A stretch of DNA of 63,197 nucleotides, counting the filler, from Hyphochytrium catenoides (lineage: Eukaryota > Protista > Hyphochytriomycota), in the NCBI GenBank assembly GCA_900088475.1. It is 13 parts of 13 records of this genome, joined end to end, with 100 filler letters (N's around TTAATTAATTAA, not from the genome) between each part and the next. Parts side by side here need not be neighbours in the genome. Positions count along the whole stretch, not along the records: positions 46,629 to 59,096 come from FLMG01004460.1; positions 59,197 to 60,223 come from FLMG01001173.1; positions 60,324 to 61,859 come from FLMG01003396.1; positions 61,960 to 63,197 come from FLMG01001398.1; 9 more parts are not named here. The stretch is one strand, 5' to 3'. This document shows, one piece after another, positions 50,057 through 63,191 of this stretch (positions within the stretch are counted from its first letter, which is position 1; each line of letters opens with the position of its first letter). The notes under the pieces were generated by a model. The model saw only the letters and a program-made list of their open reading frames with translations. It did not search any database and had not been told where the DNA came from. Both the position numbers and the translations under genes were made by a program.

Positions 50057-53000
50057 CTGTCCCGCTCCCTCCCTTCGGCCTTCTTCCTTCTTCTTCCGCG
50101 AAGCGTGCGTGAAGTTTCCTTCAGCCTTCGGGTTTAGCCGCTAACGACAATGGGTCAAAACCTGTTCACACCTTTTGTCAGTCACCAATATTTAGAACAT
50201 TAATTTGTAATTACTGGTATGTTCATGGGCTGTGAAGAAGGTTTTTTCTGCCTCGCCTTCTTTCATGACCCTACTTTTCCCAACCTCCCTCCTTGGCGAC
50301 TTGCCAAATTCTCATTCTCTTTCAGCAGCTATCGCTTCAAGCGCTCATTCCATCTTCTCGCTTCTGCCTCTCTCCTTCTTGTTGTTGCCCACTCGTATTA
50401 TCTCCTACCCAATTTCAAGAAGGCGGCTCTCTTACTCTCTCTGACTGAGCGCTTTATTGGCTCTTTCTTGTTCGCTCTTTTTGTTTGAGCCCCTACTTTT
50501 TCGAAGCTCTTTAAGCCTTCTTCTTACTAGCTCTTCCTTTAACCCTCTATCAGAATGTCTCCACCACTGCAGTTCGTTGCCCTCTTTGTCCTATGTCTCT
50601 CTTGTCTTCGTGGCGATGACATCGCTTTCTTACCCTTTTTCATGACAAGCTTCTCGGCACCCCTTCCTTCTTTCTTTGCTGGATGGTCACCGTTTTATAG
50701 ATGGGTTCTATAGTTATCTATTTGCCACCTCCCAGCTCTTCCAGCCATCAGTCTCACTCTCTGTCCTTTCTACTACTACTCTCTCTCTCTGGCGCTACCC
50801 ATGCTATAGATATTACGCAGCATTCCCTACGATCTCGTGGGCTGCTCATCTTCCTCAAATCTTCCTTCTGATCGAAGGACACCTTCCCTTTTCTATCTTC
50901 CAGCTCCCTCATAATTTCCCCGTCCTTTCTACAATCCCCTAAACTTAATCTCTATCTATTCTCCATATAGCTTTCAACAACCGTCTTGGCCTACTGCCTG
51001 TTCTCCCTCTCTGGTTCTGCCATCATGCCTCCGTTAACGAATCCGAGGCAGCAGCTTAGGGTCAAAGTATACCTAATCCCGCGCTTCTCTATCACTCATT
51101 GCTTCCCTTTCTTCTATCGGTTTCTCATCAATAGCACTATTTCTCTCTAATGCCCTCGTGTATAGGTTTTTATAATTAGACAACGTTCCTCCACCCCTTT
51201 TCCAAGCTAAAGCTTTTCTCTCTCTTTGTCCCTTCGTTCGATCTCCCTTGTTGGCAATCTGTTCTTCTTCTGATTCGCGTTTTTTGGATGATTTATTACA
51301 AGAGCCGTGGGACAAAACTCTGTGCTACGAGAGACCCAGAGGGAAAAGAGCGGACCCACCCACGAATATGATGAAAGCTGCTACGACGTGTAGGAGCATT
51401 TCGCAAGCAGAAGAACAGAGGGGAATGGGAGGACACTCGGAACACAAGGCCACTAGCCTCTTTTGCCAATGACTTTGTCAGAAACAACCCACCTCAAAGC
51501 TCCTATTTCTCTTCTTCCCTCCTTTTTTAAGCTTGACACTGCACCCTATCCTCTTCAGGAGGAAAAAAGGAAAAAAATAGACGGAACGGAGCTGTGCGGC
51601 TTCGCATGAGGAGAACAAAGTACAACTCTGTGGGTCAAAATGTAGATGAAGTAGGAGTTCGAACAGGGGCTGCGAAACTTGTAGCGGTCAGCATGGGATG
51701 ACTAGCGTAGCAAGGAGCATCGTATGGTCTATTAAGGAACACAGCCAGCAGTATTGTTTCAAACAATAGCTCCGTAACCCCGTGCAGTAGACCACCGCTG
51801 TCTCTGATATCCTGAACATTTAACCAGACTACTAGTCAACCTGTACAAAGAAGATGCTCCGTCAGTAGTAGCTTCTTATTTGGGACAGAGCCATCGCATC
51901 ATGTGAACGCCTTTCCTGCGGGAGAGGTAAGAAAGACTAAAAATAAAAGCAGATAGACATCATTAGAGGTAGGAAGGTGAGGGACAAAGAGAAGTGTGTG
52001 AGAAGTAGAGCCAGTTCTGGGCAAGGGACGGCAGCCGAGACCCTAACAAGAGAGAAGTCAGAATGTCTTCTCTTTTGCGTAGACGAAGTCCGGGAGAGTG
52101 TTCAGCTTAGCTCCTCAACAAGAGAAGATATCGTCTTCTCCTTCTCTGCTTGAGGCATTTTCTTGCTCTTCCAACAGTCTCACGGGAGAGACACAGTACT
52201 GCCTCTCTCTCTTTGTACCTCTCTCTATATGTCCATGTTCTGGCTCGTTGGTCTGTTCCTTGATGTCTTATTTTCTCCTTTCCCTACACCCCTATTATTA
52301 AAATATGACAGGCGCAGCCCAAAGCGAAAGAAATCCAGGCAGAGGAGATTGACAACGGACTCTCTCTCTCCTCTTCTCTCTCTTTTTCTTTCTGCCCCCT
52401 CTCTCCTTCTCTGTCTCTCTCTCTTTTGCTTTCTGTTCCCTTCCTTTAAAAGTTACCCTACTTTTCCCCTTCATTCTCTCGTCATCTTGGTCCCAGTCTA
52501 TTGACGCTTGCCACGGGACCTTTTTCGGAGAGAACGACAAAGAAGACGAAGCAAGAGAGAGGATGTAAGTGTAAACTAAGAAGCAGAAGAGCTAAAGGCC
52601 CTGTGTCTCCGTTGTTACCAAGCAAGTCGCATACATGCTTCTTCATGCGTCAGCTTCCGCTTCTGCTCGCCGGTCACTCTATCTCTAATCTCTCCCTGGC
52701 AGAGTTAAGCAATAGATGAATGACGGAAGAGAAGAGGCCGACAAGCAGGAGGAGAGAGAGGAGGAGGAAGAGAGAGAGATGGAGGTGAGGAGATAGAAAC
52801 GACGAGAACTAGAACGGGAAGTTGTAGACAGATAGACGGGAGACAGTGTGAGTATATACAATAGAGATTAGAGGTAGTCGCAGATGGTAATGCAGATCTT
52901 ATGTTAGACAGAGATGCTATACCAATCGAGGAAAGAAACCTACCATCTCGCATGTACGAAGAAAGCGAGCATGCTATCTAAGTCGTCGTTTCAGTGTGCC

Positions 53001-53306
53001 GGCCCCAGCCCTGACAAAGCTGGGCAGTTGGAACTCTGTGGAGGTGATCATAAGGGCTTTCTCTTACAACGAAGAAGATCGCGAGGTAATCAATAATACT
53101 AGCAAGGACAGACCGGCCTCTGTGGAACCGGTTCTAACCAAAGGGAGAAGAATTAAACTTGTTACTTTACTGTGCGAGGAAAAGAGAAAGCCAGAAGAGA
53201 CAACGAGACAGAGTTGGATGCCTTCATCATGTTGAGCTCCTTCTTCTCCGTTCAGCTATTCACAATAGCGCGTGCTCCAAGAGATAAGATTGCGAGCTCG
53301 TAACTC

Positions 53307-53792
53307 AGAATAGTATCGTCGGGCATCGAGCGAGGTACGCCCATATATAACACCCTTCTTCCCCCCATTAACAGTCTTCTGAGAGAAAGAAAGACTTGCT
53401 GCAACATCCTTACGTACCAGACTGAGTACATAGCACAGGAAGTGCCCACTCACTTCTGCATTTTCTTCTTCTAACCTTTTTCTCCAAATCTTCAGATTGA
53501 TAGCTACTACTCTACTATAAGCTACTACTAATAACTAAGAAGAAGTAAAAGAATAGTATCGTCGGGCATCGAGCGAGGTACGCCCATATATAACACCCTT
53601 CTTCCCCCCATTAACAGTCTTCTGAGAGAAAGAAAGACTTGCTGCAACATCCTTACGTACCAGGCTGAGTACATAGCACAGGAAGTGCCCACTCACTTCT
53701 GCATTTTCTTCTTCTAACCTTTTTCTCCATTCTTCAGATTGATAGCTACTACTCTACTATAAGCTACTACTAATAACTAAGAAGAAGTAAAA
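53307..53792. repeat. Near-perfect tandem duplication of ~243 bp followed by a (GAA)-rich tract
   Basis: Units 53307-53549 and 53550-53792 differ by only a few bases. Confidence 0.92.
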
Positions 53793-54123
53793 GAAGAAGA
53801 AGAAAAGAAGAAGGAGGAGAAGAAGAAGGAGACGAAAAAGGAGGAGGAAAAGAAGAAGAAGACGAAGGAAAAGAAGAAGAGAGAAGAAGAGGAAACCAGG
53901 GCTACAAAACCCTGGATTCTACAAGGCGTTCTCCTCCACCCCCCACACCCCATCAATGTCAGAAAAGGAAGAAGAATCATAGTTGAACTCTTCCGCAATA
54001 ATGATAGGAGACGGAGAAGGAGAAGAAGAAAGGGGCGTGGCGCTGAGACCATCATTAACATCGCGCTTAAACATGAAAGATAGGACGGGCTCCAACTGCT
54101 AAACAGAAGGTATGCTTCAGCAT

Positions 54124-55600
54124 CTAAATCGCATTCTCTTCATGGATGGCGAAAGAGATTCTGGTATGGAGAGTCAGAACCTTTGCCAACCGAGACCAGT
54201 GATTAAGAGCACCTGAAGCCTCAAGAGCGGCACGATCAGACCGAAGCCTGACCACCTGTTGCAAAGAATCCAGGACATGCGGCATAGCACCAACAAAAGA
54301 CTCCCAGACGAGCGGCACAAACTGTAGCCCCAGGGGCTGGCAGGGACCTTCATTCTTCCTCGTCTTCGCCTTCTCAAACAAATGACCTTGATAGCCGGCA
54401 TGGACTGCTGCATAGGGAAGGGTTCTGGATTTCAGCGGATCCGTGACAGACACATCAAAGGCCGAGTACTGATAGGAAGGTGAAAATCCACGAACGAACA
54501 AATCTCCAAGCTTCTGATTGGTGCCCGGAAGGAGGTGGCGAGGTTCGCGGGAGACTTTGAGACCAGAATCCGGAAAGGTATGAAAGAGAAGGTCCTGGAC
54601 GCGGCGGTGACGTTGATGAGCACCACCACCACTTCAACAGACTGTGCCATGATCGCCAAAGGCATCCATTGGACGGGCACAAGATAGGCAAGAGGATGGA
54701 GTGCGCACGAGAGGGATACCTAGAAATCGCCACAGCATCTCGAAACAACCAACGGAGAAGAGACCTTCAGTTGCAACCAGGGAATAGGGGCAGCCCGAAG
54801 GAAAGCCCCTGAGTGCGGGAGGAAAGTAGCCCGCAAGCGAGCTTGGGAGCGCAAGTCTAGGCCAGCAGGAGACAGGACATTGGAAACAGTTACCCATACA
54901 AATCGGGCAGGCACCGTTGCAGAAGTTCCTGGGCATAAAGATCAAGGAAGGACTGCCACAGCCTTACATCGTACCCGTCGTTGGCGTTCCAAAAGGCATC
55001 GAGAAGCTCGGCGGCCAGGGGGAGCGAGTAAGCCTCGACGTCGGGCAAACGAAGGAGCTGAGCAACTAGAGTGGCAGAGGCACCAAGAGAGCCAAGATAA
55101 GCAGGGATGGCGAGGGTAGAGGCAGAAGCGAGACCAACGTTACCCAGGCGGATGGGTAGGGTAGCTTGTTGCCAGACCAGATCCGAGACACAACGCAGTC
55201 CCAATAGAGCGAGCCAGAAAATCACGTAAGCGAAGGTCAAACTAAAGAGCAAAGGGAAGAGAGCTGGGAAGGAGGACAGCCGCGAAGCAGATGATTGATT
55301 TTGGTAAACTCAACCGCGGAAGAGGCAAAGCTGAGTCTGGGGGGAGGAGACAAGACAGAGCGTCGCATCTACTTCATCAAGACGAGAGAGGACGGGTGAA
55401 GAATAAGAAGCGACGAAAGGAGCGGAACCAATGGGGACACCTAACAGTTCCACACCATCCACAGCCACTAATCTAGAGACTGCCGCAGGGAAGACTGGAA
55501 GACGAGCAAGGCCCATTTTTGGCCACCACAACTCGCATATTTTTGCCCAGGGTGAGCTCTAAGCCGACTTGGGAGCTGCGCTCTTGAGGTATATTAAGAG
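54124..55600 (-). mobile_element. Decayed CRE-clade non-LTR retrotransposon (RT C-terminus, Zn motif, restriction-like endonuclease)
   Basis: LLGVPIGSAPFV, WQQATLPIRLGNVGL, C...DAFGDHGTVC and AFDVSVTDP...EKAKTRK...C...GLQFVPLVWESF occur in the correct order across frameshifts. Confidence 0.82.
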
Positions 55601-57346
55601 CCTTAGCGACATCGTCTACCGAGCCAGTAAAAATGCCATCTGTTCCTTTCCATCTTACCGTCGCTTCCAGCGGCGGTTCCTTGTTCCTCCGCCTTTTCCT
55701 TGCTACAAGCTAAGGAAATGGAGGAGAAATAATGAGACAGACAGGGGGAGACCAACGCTTCGACACTTACTTTCCCAGATTTTTTACTAGTTCTACCCTT
55801 GAAGTCCGGTGCGGGGAGCGAGAGAAGGAATAAAGATGCTTATTCTCCTCTTTCTTTTCTCTTTCCCTCCTTCTCCTCTTTCCTGTTCTCTCTATCTAAG
55901 CTCGCTTCTCTCTTATCCGCCCTTCTGGACAGATGACTAATCTATTCTTCTAAGGTTCAGCAAGAGAAGAAAAAAAGAAAATAGAAAGCAGCTCTTCAAC
56001 ACCATCTTGATTCCTCTTTTCTGGCTTTGTGACAAGTGGAAGGAGCCCTAGGCTGTGGCTGCGCCATGGATCGATTAGCGGGCACGTGACCCAGGCTCTC
56101 TACGTGAGGAGATGACAAGAAGCACAGAGAGCTCTTCTGCAGAGTTTATAGATCGAGGTTCAAGTCTATAAAGTAGTACCGAAGAGCGACAAGCGCGGAA
56201 GAAGGGTGTCCAACGGCTTATGTGGCAGTGTTGCTTTTCTGTGATGTGATGCAAATAGTTGACTACTGCCGTTAGCGCAATAGGAAGAAGCTCCTCTCCA
56301 CTCCTCTCCCTTCTATCTGACACCACTGACGAACAATCCTAATAGTCACCATTTAACCCCTGTCCTTTTCTTTTTCCTAGAGTGTCGATGACCTATCTTT
56401 CCCTTTCCACTGTTCTTCTCGAGCGGGTTTTAAACGCGCAAGGAGTCGTCATTGACCTGCCCTTCCATGTGCAGACACTGACCATTCCGTCAGATTATTA
56501 CATACCTCGGATACAAAGACCACTTCAACTTTGAGCCAGTGACCAGTGACCTCCACCTTCCAGCTGGTCGTCCTCTGGACTAAAGTTGGTGCTTAGCCAG
56601 AGGATCCAAACCCATTGGCGGGTGCATGGGGCGCAGCCCCCAAGATCGAGAGGCAGCCTCAACCTTAGCTAGGCGCCACACTCGGAGTCAGCGAGTGGCT
56701 GACGGGCCGGAGACTTTTCCGCATTTACTCTTCGCATGTTCACGGACGGCCATTGATAATGTCCTAGTCCTACGTTCTGTTCTCCTGTCTGAGGTCTAGG
56801 GTTCCTAACCCCACATTAAAGGTTGGCATGATGTAGCCTCTTGTCTGCCTCTCCTTTCCTTTTGCCCTGTCCTGGTCTTCTAATAACCTCTTTCTGGTGC
56901 CCTCTCTTGTCTAATTGGCTAGGACAAGGCTACCCTCCCCTACTTTTCAGACAGGCTCTCTGTCATTACTAAGCCTAATGTATCCTTTCCTTGTTTCCTG
57001 GTAGCTATGATTACCGTTTAGGTACTTGAATAACCTCTATTTGTCTCCGCTTCTCTTGCTCCTGCTTTATCTGGCCCCTCCCCTCCATCACTCTTCCTCT
57101 TCCTCCTTCTCCTTTTTTCCTCTCTCTCCATAGATATGTCTTAATATATGTAAGTCTGCGTCTACTTTCTGTTACCAATGGTCATTCTCCCAGTTCGTGC
57201 TTCAAGTACTTCCTAATCTTCCTTTTCTTCCTTCAACCGGTCCCTCATTCTAGATCTGTCCTTCGGCTTGCTAGACAATCTATCTATCCTCTTCTTATAT
57301 TTTTTACCGGAAAGTCTTTAGTTTAAATACCTCTCCTTCCTCTGCG

Positions 57347-57373
57347 TTTAGGGTTGTAGGGTTAGGGTTAGGG
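57347..57373 (+). repeat. Interstitial telomere-like repeat
   Basis: TTTAGGGTTGTAGGGTTAGGGTTAGGG. Confidence 0.6.
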
Positions 57374-57899
57374 CTATAGATAGGAGCAGCAAAAGACGAG
57401 GAGATGAGAGAGAGAGAGCTAGGAGAGATGAGTAGGAGCAGTAGGGATTTACGAACCAGTAGGCAGTGAGATTTGGTAAGCAGTTAGCTCTATCTTTGTA
57501 ACGCTAATCACACTACAGTACTTCCTACTAGAAGACGGCTTGCTAGACGTCCTGTTTCTGAGGCTGCCAGGAGGCTTCTCTGACTGTTGTGCTTCCAGCT
57601 CAGCTGATTTGTTATTGGTATCTGTCGGCCGATATCTGGAGCTTATTGCGGCTTCAGACATCAGTCTGCAAATTCGATCCGGGGCACCGTCTTGATAAAG
57701 CCCGGGACTGTCTCAATGAGAACAAGAGGAAAGGGTATGGAAGAGCAGTTGCCAACAGCGTCAAAATGAGATATAGACAAACAAGAGCAGAGGAAGAAGA
57801 GATAAAGAAGAACAACAGGGGTTTGTATAGAGGAGAAGTTGGAGGAAAGCGTACAAAAGAGCAGAAGCGGGGACATAGGAGTCAGGGGCAGAAGGGGTG

Positions 57900-58900
57900 A
57901 AATGGAGGAGTTTGTTTGATAAGCATGACGACAGGAGAAATATGTCAAGCGGACGGGAACTGACCAAAGGAACAAATTAGTGGTTAGGAAAGAGAGTTGC
58001 AGAGCACATACTAACTGCAAGAAAGAGAGATCAAGACGAACATCAAGGGATAGAAGAAAGGGCACCAGAAAGGATGGTGCACCAGACGTGCAGAGTGAAA
58101 CAGGCCCGGGAAGTGACGTGAAGGATAACAAGATGAGATATCGGAGAAAGGGTGAGAAGGACTTAGGTAGTTAGGAGCAAAGGATTCAAGCGTATGGAAA
58201 TGACAAAATGAGCACTTTAAGCTGAGGAAAATTAATAGAAGAGCAGTTTCTAATGGGAGAAACAGAGATAGAGGCGAAGAGCAAGGGAGAGGGAGCATCA
58301 GAGAAGGGGTGGCGGTACAGAGGAGGAAGTCGTGAGAATAAGCAGAGTAAAGCAGGAACGGGGAAGTAGGAGTAACGGACGAAATGATAATAATAGAAGA
58401 AGAAATGAGAAGCAAAGAGGACAGGAGACAACGAGTTAAGCGTACGGAAAAAACAGAAGAGGAGCTTTTCAGAAGTAAGGAGAGTTCATCGGGAAGCAGT
58501 TGCTTACAGTAACAGACAACCGATGAAGACAAACAGCAAAGGAGGCAAAGAGCACCAAGAAGATTTGTACCGAGGATATAGGTCGGGGGATAGGTAAGTG
58601 ACGGCGAAGAGGGAGAAATATTCGAGTAGAGGTATTAAGTATGTAAGGGCGATACTAGGGGTACATTTTAGAGTGGAAAGAGACTTGCTAACCAGGATAG
58701 AGAGATAAAGAGAAAGAGCAATGAAGAGAAAGAGCATCAGAAAGGAATTATACAGAGGACGGATTCGCGGGATTAAGGAGCAAAAGGACCAGGCGGACAA
58801 GAATATGATAGGGGAGCATGAGGGTTATCACACAAATGATGGCAGCAGATTATGGCCACGCTTAATGGCCGCAGTTGTAGCATCGGATATGGCCGCGGGT
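57900..58900 (-). pseudogene. Possible highly decayed non-LTR reverse transcriptase
   Basis: LLIFLSLKCSFCH resembles the FLDxxxAFD motif, preceded by PDELSLLLK...LTRCL. Many stops; the match is weak. Confidence 0.3.
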
Positions 58901-59197
58901 AGATGAAAGGGTGGCGGATTAGGAAAGGACAGGGGGATAGGGAAACCGCAGTGGGATATGGAAAGAGTAGCTCGTTCGGAAGGAAGTAGCGACGAGGAAA
59001 ACGGTGGCAGCCCCTATATCTATGCAAGGATCAACTTGGTGACCCATACGTTTGCTAAGATTGGCTGCAACCCCTGTGACCCCCTAGCAATCAAACNNNN
59101 NNNNNNNNNNNNNNNNNNNNNNNNNNNNNNNNNNNNNNNNTTAATTAATTAANNNNNNNNNNNNNNNNNNNNNNNNNNNNNNNNNNNNNNNNNNNNA

Positions 59198-60223
59198 CAT
59201 CGTCGCATCATTGTCTAGCTTGGCGAGAGAGCTCAGAGCTTGGACCAGACCTGATAAATAGGACAGCACCGTCGACAGGTCAAGACAGCGAAAGTCAAAA
59301 AGAGAAAGAGAGAGAGAAAGAAAGAGAAAGAGGTATAGAATGAGAAAAGAGGTATAGCTAGAGGGAGACAAGGGAAGGAGTAGAGAGAGAAAAGGAAGAC
59401 AACCAAAGGACAAAGGCGCGAGAGAAAAGGAAGATAGAGCATAACAAAGGTGAAGAAGGGAAAGACTTTCCTCCACCTGGTAGGGCATAAAAACACCAGG
59501 AAAAGCGAGAGAGAGGACAGAGAGAGGAGAGAGAGGAAACGAGAAAGAGAGCGACAGATAGAGAGAGAGAAATGCCTTACCTTGCTCTACCATGAGTGGC
59601 ATACTCTCTTCGGTCATTAGATTGAGCAGCGCCGTGGCGCAGATATGCTTTGTGAGAGAGGAGACAGCGCGGACCATCGCGATCATCATCAGCGCGTTCA
59701 CAGCTCCTTCTCTCACAACCTGCATCTCAGAGCCGCGATGGCAGCTCAAGTTACAGAGCGCCTTGGCACAGTCCTGCTGGTTTTCCTCACTAGGAGAGAG
59801 TTGCATGCATCTGTTAGACTACCTTGACCGCCATGTAGAAAGCAAGAGAGAGAGAGAGAGAGAGAAACAGAGAAAGCCTAGACAGAGAGAGAGAGAGAGG
59901 GGAAGGAGATGTAGAGGAGAGAAAGAAGGGAAAGGTAAAAGACGAGATACTGAGAAATTGAGAAGAGAAAAAGGAGGAACCCTACTACATAATCAGATCG
60001 CGTCACTCGGGCTACGTATCAATAGAGAGAATAGAAGACAAGCCACACCAGCAAGAAGGAAAGAGAGAAGAGAGAGAGAGAGAAAGAGAGAGGGAGAACG
60101 CCGCGGAAACGCCAGAGCTTGCTCACCTGTATGTGTTGCATAGGTCTGCCACGATGGGCACCACACCCTGCCTGATCATGTCTGCCCTCAGGTCTGGGTG
60201 ACTGCTCAGGTTGCAAAATGCAG
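59198..60223 (-). CDS. Armadillo-repeat protein, internal exons
   Basis: Exons ~60223-60128 (AFCNLSSHPDLRADMIRQGVV), ~59811-59582 (QDCAKALCNLSCHRGSEMQVVREGAVNAL...CATALLNL) and ~59270-59198 (LVQALSSLA). Confidence 0.82.
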
Positions 60224-60995
60224 NNNNNNNNNNNNNNNNNNNNNNNNNNNNNNNNNNNNNNNNNNNNTTAATTAATTAANNNNNNNNNNNNNNNNNNNNN
60301 NNNNNNNNNNNNNNNNNNNNNNNTCACCCCTTTGGAGATAACCCTATACCCTGATCTACCTTCTTCTATATTTTAATCTCCTCACTGTTCCGCCTGCTTC
60401 TTTGCTCTGTATTACCTCATGTGAGTCCTTGATTGTCGCATCACCCACACGGTGATAACCGTAACAGAGCGCTGATCTAGTGCGATCTTGATTTGTTCAC
60501 CTACCTCATCGTGCGGCAATTTTCAAGCTGCTTTCTGGATCTCACTCATTGGAATCTGAGCTTTGCTGCCTAATGTCCCGGTCGCATCATACGTTAGCCC
60601 TAACCTTAACGTGTACCATAATGCTTATTTGGAAACGTTTTACTACTACGCATCGCTATTATAGCTGGTTGGTCTTCCATGAAGTTCTGAGTAGCCACCC
60701 TCTAAGACAGCAAGACTGGGTACCTACCTGTTTATGCAGTTTTACGATCAATTCCCGATTCTGGCCATTTCTTGTCCCACGCTGCCGTCTGCCACGTAGT
60801 AAAGCGCCAAAAAATATCAATACCCTCCAGGCATCATCGTAATCAAAGCGAGGAAGGCTATTGCGACAGTCAAAAACAATCATATAAGTTTATAAAGTAG
60901 ATCTATAACTGCCTCTGTTATAGTGTAGCAAACCCGACGAGTTGTCCTAGATCAGAAGGGACGGCGGTGCGACGCACCAACGCAAGCGGGCATGC

Positions 60996-61859
60996 TCAAT
61001 CTGCCATCTCGTAGTGTAATAATTTCTTTAACGCCTGATCGCGGTGATCCATGCACCACACGAAGACACAAGTGGCGTTAACGAGTTGCTCGTAAGTGTC
61101 ATTGTTCTGCGTGAGCCAGCGCTCATACTCGTCCGTAGAGGGCATTCCTGACATTTCAAAGCCAAAGTGCCTAAGAAAAGCCTCAACGTCGTAGAACTTG
61201 TATCCTAAGCGATGAACAAACCAGCACAGTGGCAGAATGGTGTCCTCTCCTCCAGAGTCACAGAGATTGCGGTTGCCGAAAGCCCCACTTCTGCGATGGA
61301 AGTGTTCCTTCTCACCATCGCACTGAGGTAGAGTACAAACATAGCAAAATCCCTTTTGTTGAAAGCGATTTTTGACGCTGCATTCATGGTAAGTGTGACC
61401 ACTAGTGATGCATCGCACGCAGATTAGTTTCCCTGGCCCTAGCTGGTTGCAGAGAATTGGACACGACTCTAGGTAATGCTCTGTCCCGAGCCCTTCTTTT
61501 CCTAACGCAAAGCATATCGAGCAAAACGAGGTTGAGGAGGAGCAGTTGATGATGAAGCTTTGGAGGTAGGTCTTGAGACGATCGACATAATGGCTTCCAT
61601 TGTTTAGCCTCCGCTGCGTAGCTACACTCATAACTTCGTAAGAGCCTTCAGAAGGGCATTCCGATATCTTCCTTTTCTTCTGTGCTGCTATCGCCGCTGC
61701 GGTACCATTAGAGGCAGGGATTGAGACCGTGGCGGCTGTTGACGCCGCGGGGCTCTTACTTCTGGAGTTTTGACACACCCAGCACAGTGCCACAACCTGA
61801 TGATGGGATACACACGCGTCCAGCAAGCATGAAGATCCAGTGCCATCCATTTGAATCTG
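60996..61859 (-). CDS. Cys/His-rich C-terminal region, probably of a telomere-linked (TLH-type) RecQ helicase (5' truncated)
   Basis: Intronless ORF open to the gap. MDG...C...CWVC resembles the end of a RecQ Zn domain. It is followed by CSIC...H....C, CVRC...H...C and CYVCTLPQ...C...DTILPLC. Confidence 0.55.
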   Translation of the reverse strand, partial: QIQMDGTGSSCLLDACVSHHQVVALCWVCQNSRSKSPAASTAATVSIPASNGTAAAIAAQKKRKISECPSEGSYEVMSVATQRRLNNGSHYVDRLKTYLQSFIINCSSSTSFCSICFALGKEGLGTEHYLESCPILCNQLGPGKLICVRCITSGHTYHECSVKNRFQQKGFCYVCTLPQCDGEKEHFHRRSGAFGNRNLCDSGGEDTILPLCWFVHRLGYKFYDVEAFLRHFGFEMSGMPSTDEYERWLTQNNDTYEQLVNATCVFVWCMDHRDQALKKLLHYEMAD

Positions 61860-62111
61860 NNNNNNNNNNNNNNNNNNNNNNNNNNNNNNNNNNNNNNNNN
61901 NNNTTAATTAATTAANNNNNNNNNNNNNNNNNNNNNNNNNNNNNNNNNNNNNNNNNNNNAAGGGTGTTACTTGCCAGAGACTGGGGTGGTATGTGGGATA
62001 TTAAGAGGAGAGGAGAGAGGACCAGCAGGAGAGAGAAACAGCAGAAAGAGTAGCGAGAGCAATGAAGAACGAGTAAACACAGTCCCATGGCAGTGATGTC
62101 TCTGCTCTTAC

Positions 62112-62426
62112 CGCGTGCTCGCTGTTGTTGCTGGTTCCTAATTCAAAGCTTGCATACTTTAGCCGATGGTGCGCCTCCTCAGCTGCAGGATCCACGTCTT
62201 CTGGAGCCTCGGCTCTCGGTCTATACTCTTCTCCTTGCTTCTCTCTATCGTCCGCTCCCCGTCTTTCCCTCAATCTCTCTCCTCTGAGTTCTCTTCTCTC
62301 CGTCCATCCATGGACACTGCCGCTTGCGTCCTCTCGTCCCGCCGCCCTGGTCGTCCTTACGTCAAAGGCCGGCACTTGGAGGTGCCGCAGCGCTTGCGGG
62401 TCAGCGGGATAATGTAGCGCATTCAT
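62112..62426 (-). CDS. Probable exon of an uncharacterised gene
   Basis: ATG-initiated, charged, non-repetitive frame (MNALHYPADPQ...SNNSEHA) ending at a GTAAG donor near 62111. Confidence 0.35.
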
Positions 62427-63146
62427 TCAGTCAGAGCAGAGATGGGAAGCATCGGATCTCTACGGAGAGAAACGGAGAAAGAGAAGGATGAAAGAGGAAG
62501 CTTTTGAAGATAGAAACAGAGTCTTCAGCTCTACGGCCAAGCTCTTGGATAGAAAGATCTCTCTGAACTGCGGGCAGAGTGAAGCATTCTTGAGCTTTGG
62601 AAGCAGGCGAGCGGCGGGCGCAGCAAAAGGATGGTACCTGTAGGTACCGTACATCAGCTCTTCAACTGTTCTCTCCTCTCTTTCATATCTCTCTCTTGGT
62701 CTCTCTCTCTCTCTCTCTCTTCGATTCGCTTTCTCTCTCGTGGCAACAAGGGAAGCAAAGAAAGGAAGCTTTGGTTAGAACTCTAGGGAACCCGCACAGC
62801 TCCGGCCAAGAGGAGAGAGAGAGAGAGAGAGGGGAGTGGGTGAAGGCAGAGGTTGCTTTGTCCAGTCTTTCCTTTCGCTTGCTTGTCTCTCCTCTTTCTC
62901 TGCACAGCGCCGTGTTCTTTCCTTTTTGTTGTTGTCTCTCTCCCCTTATTACACATGCCAGCTTCTCTCGCAAGACAGAGGGCGATTGAAGAGGAATAAC
63001 ACAAGGGCAAAAGGAAGAAGAGGCACACCGAAGAGAAGAACAAAGCATCTCTCTCCTCAGGCACAAGAAAGGAGGAAAATAGAGACAACGAACACAACAG
63101 AAAGAGACAGAGAGAGCTAACGAGAGAAATAGAGAGACAAGAGACA

Positions 63147-63191
<45 letters not shown>

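Noticed and set aside
51380-51470. Minus-strand CSECPPIPLCSSACEMLLH resembling a piggyBac Cys-rich tail
   Set aside because: Too short, with no recognisable transposase core, TIR or TTAA context.
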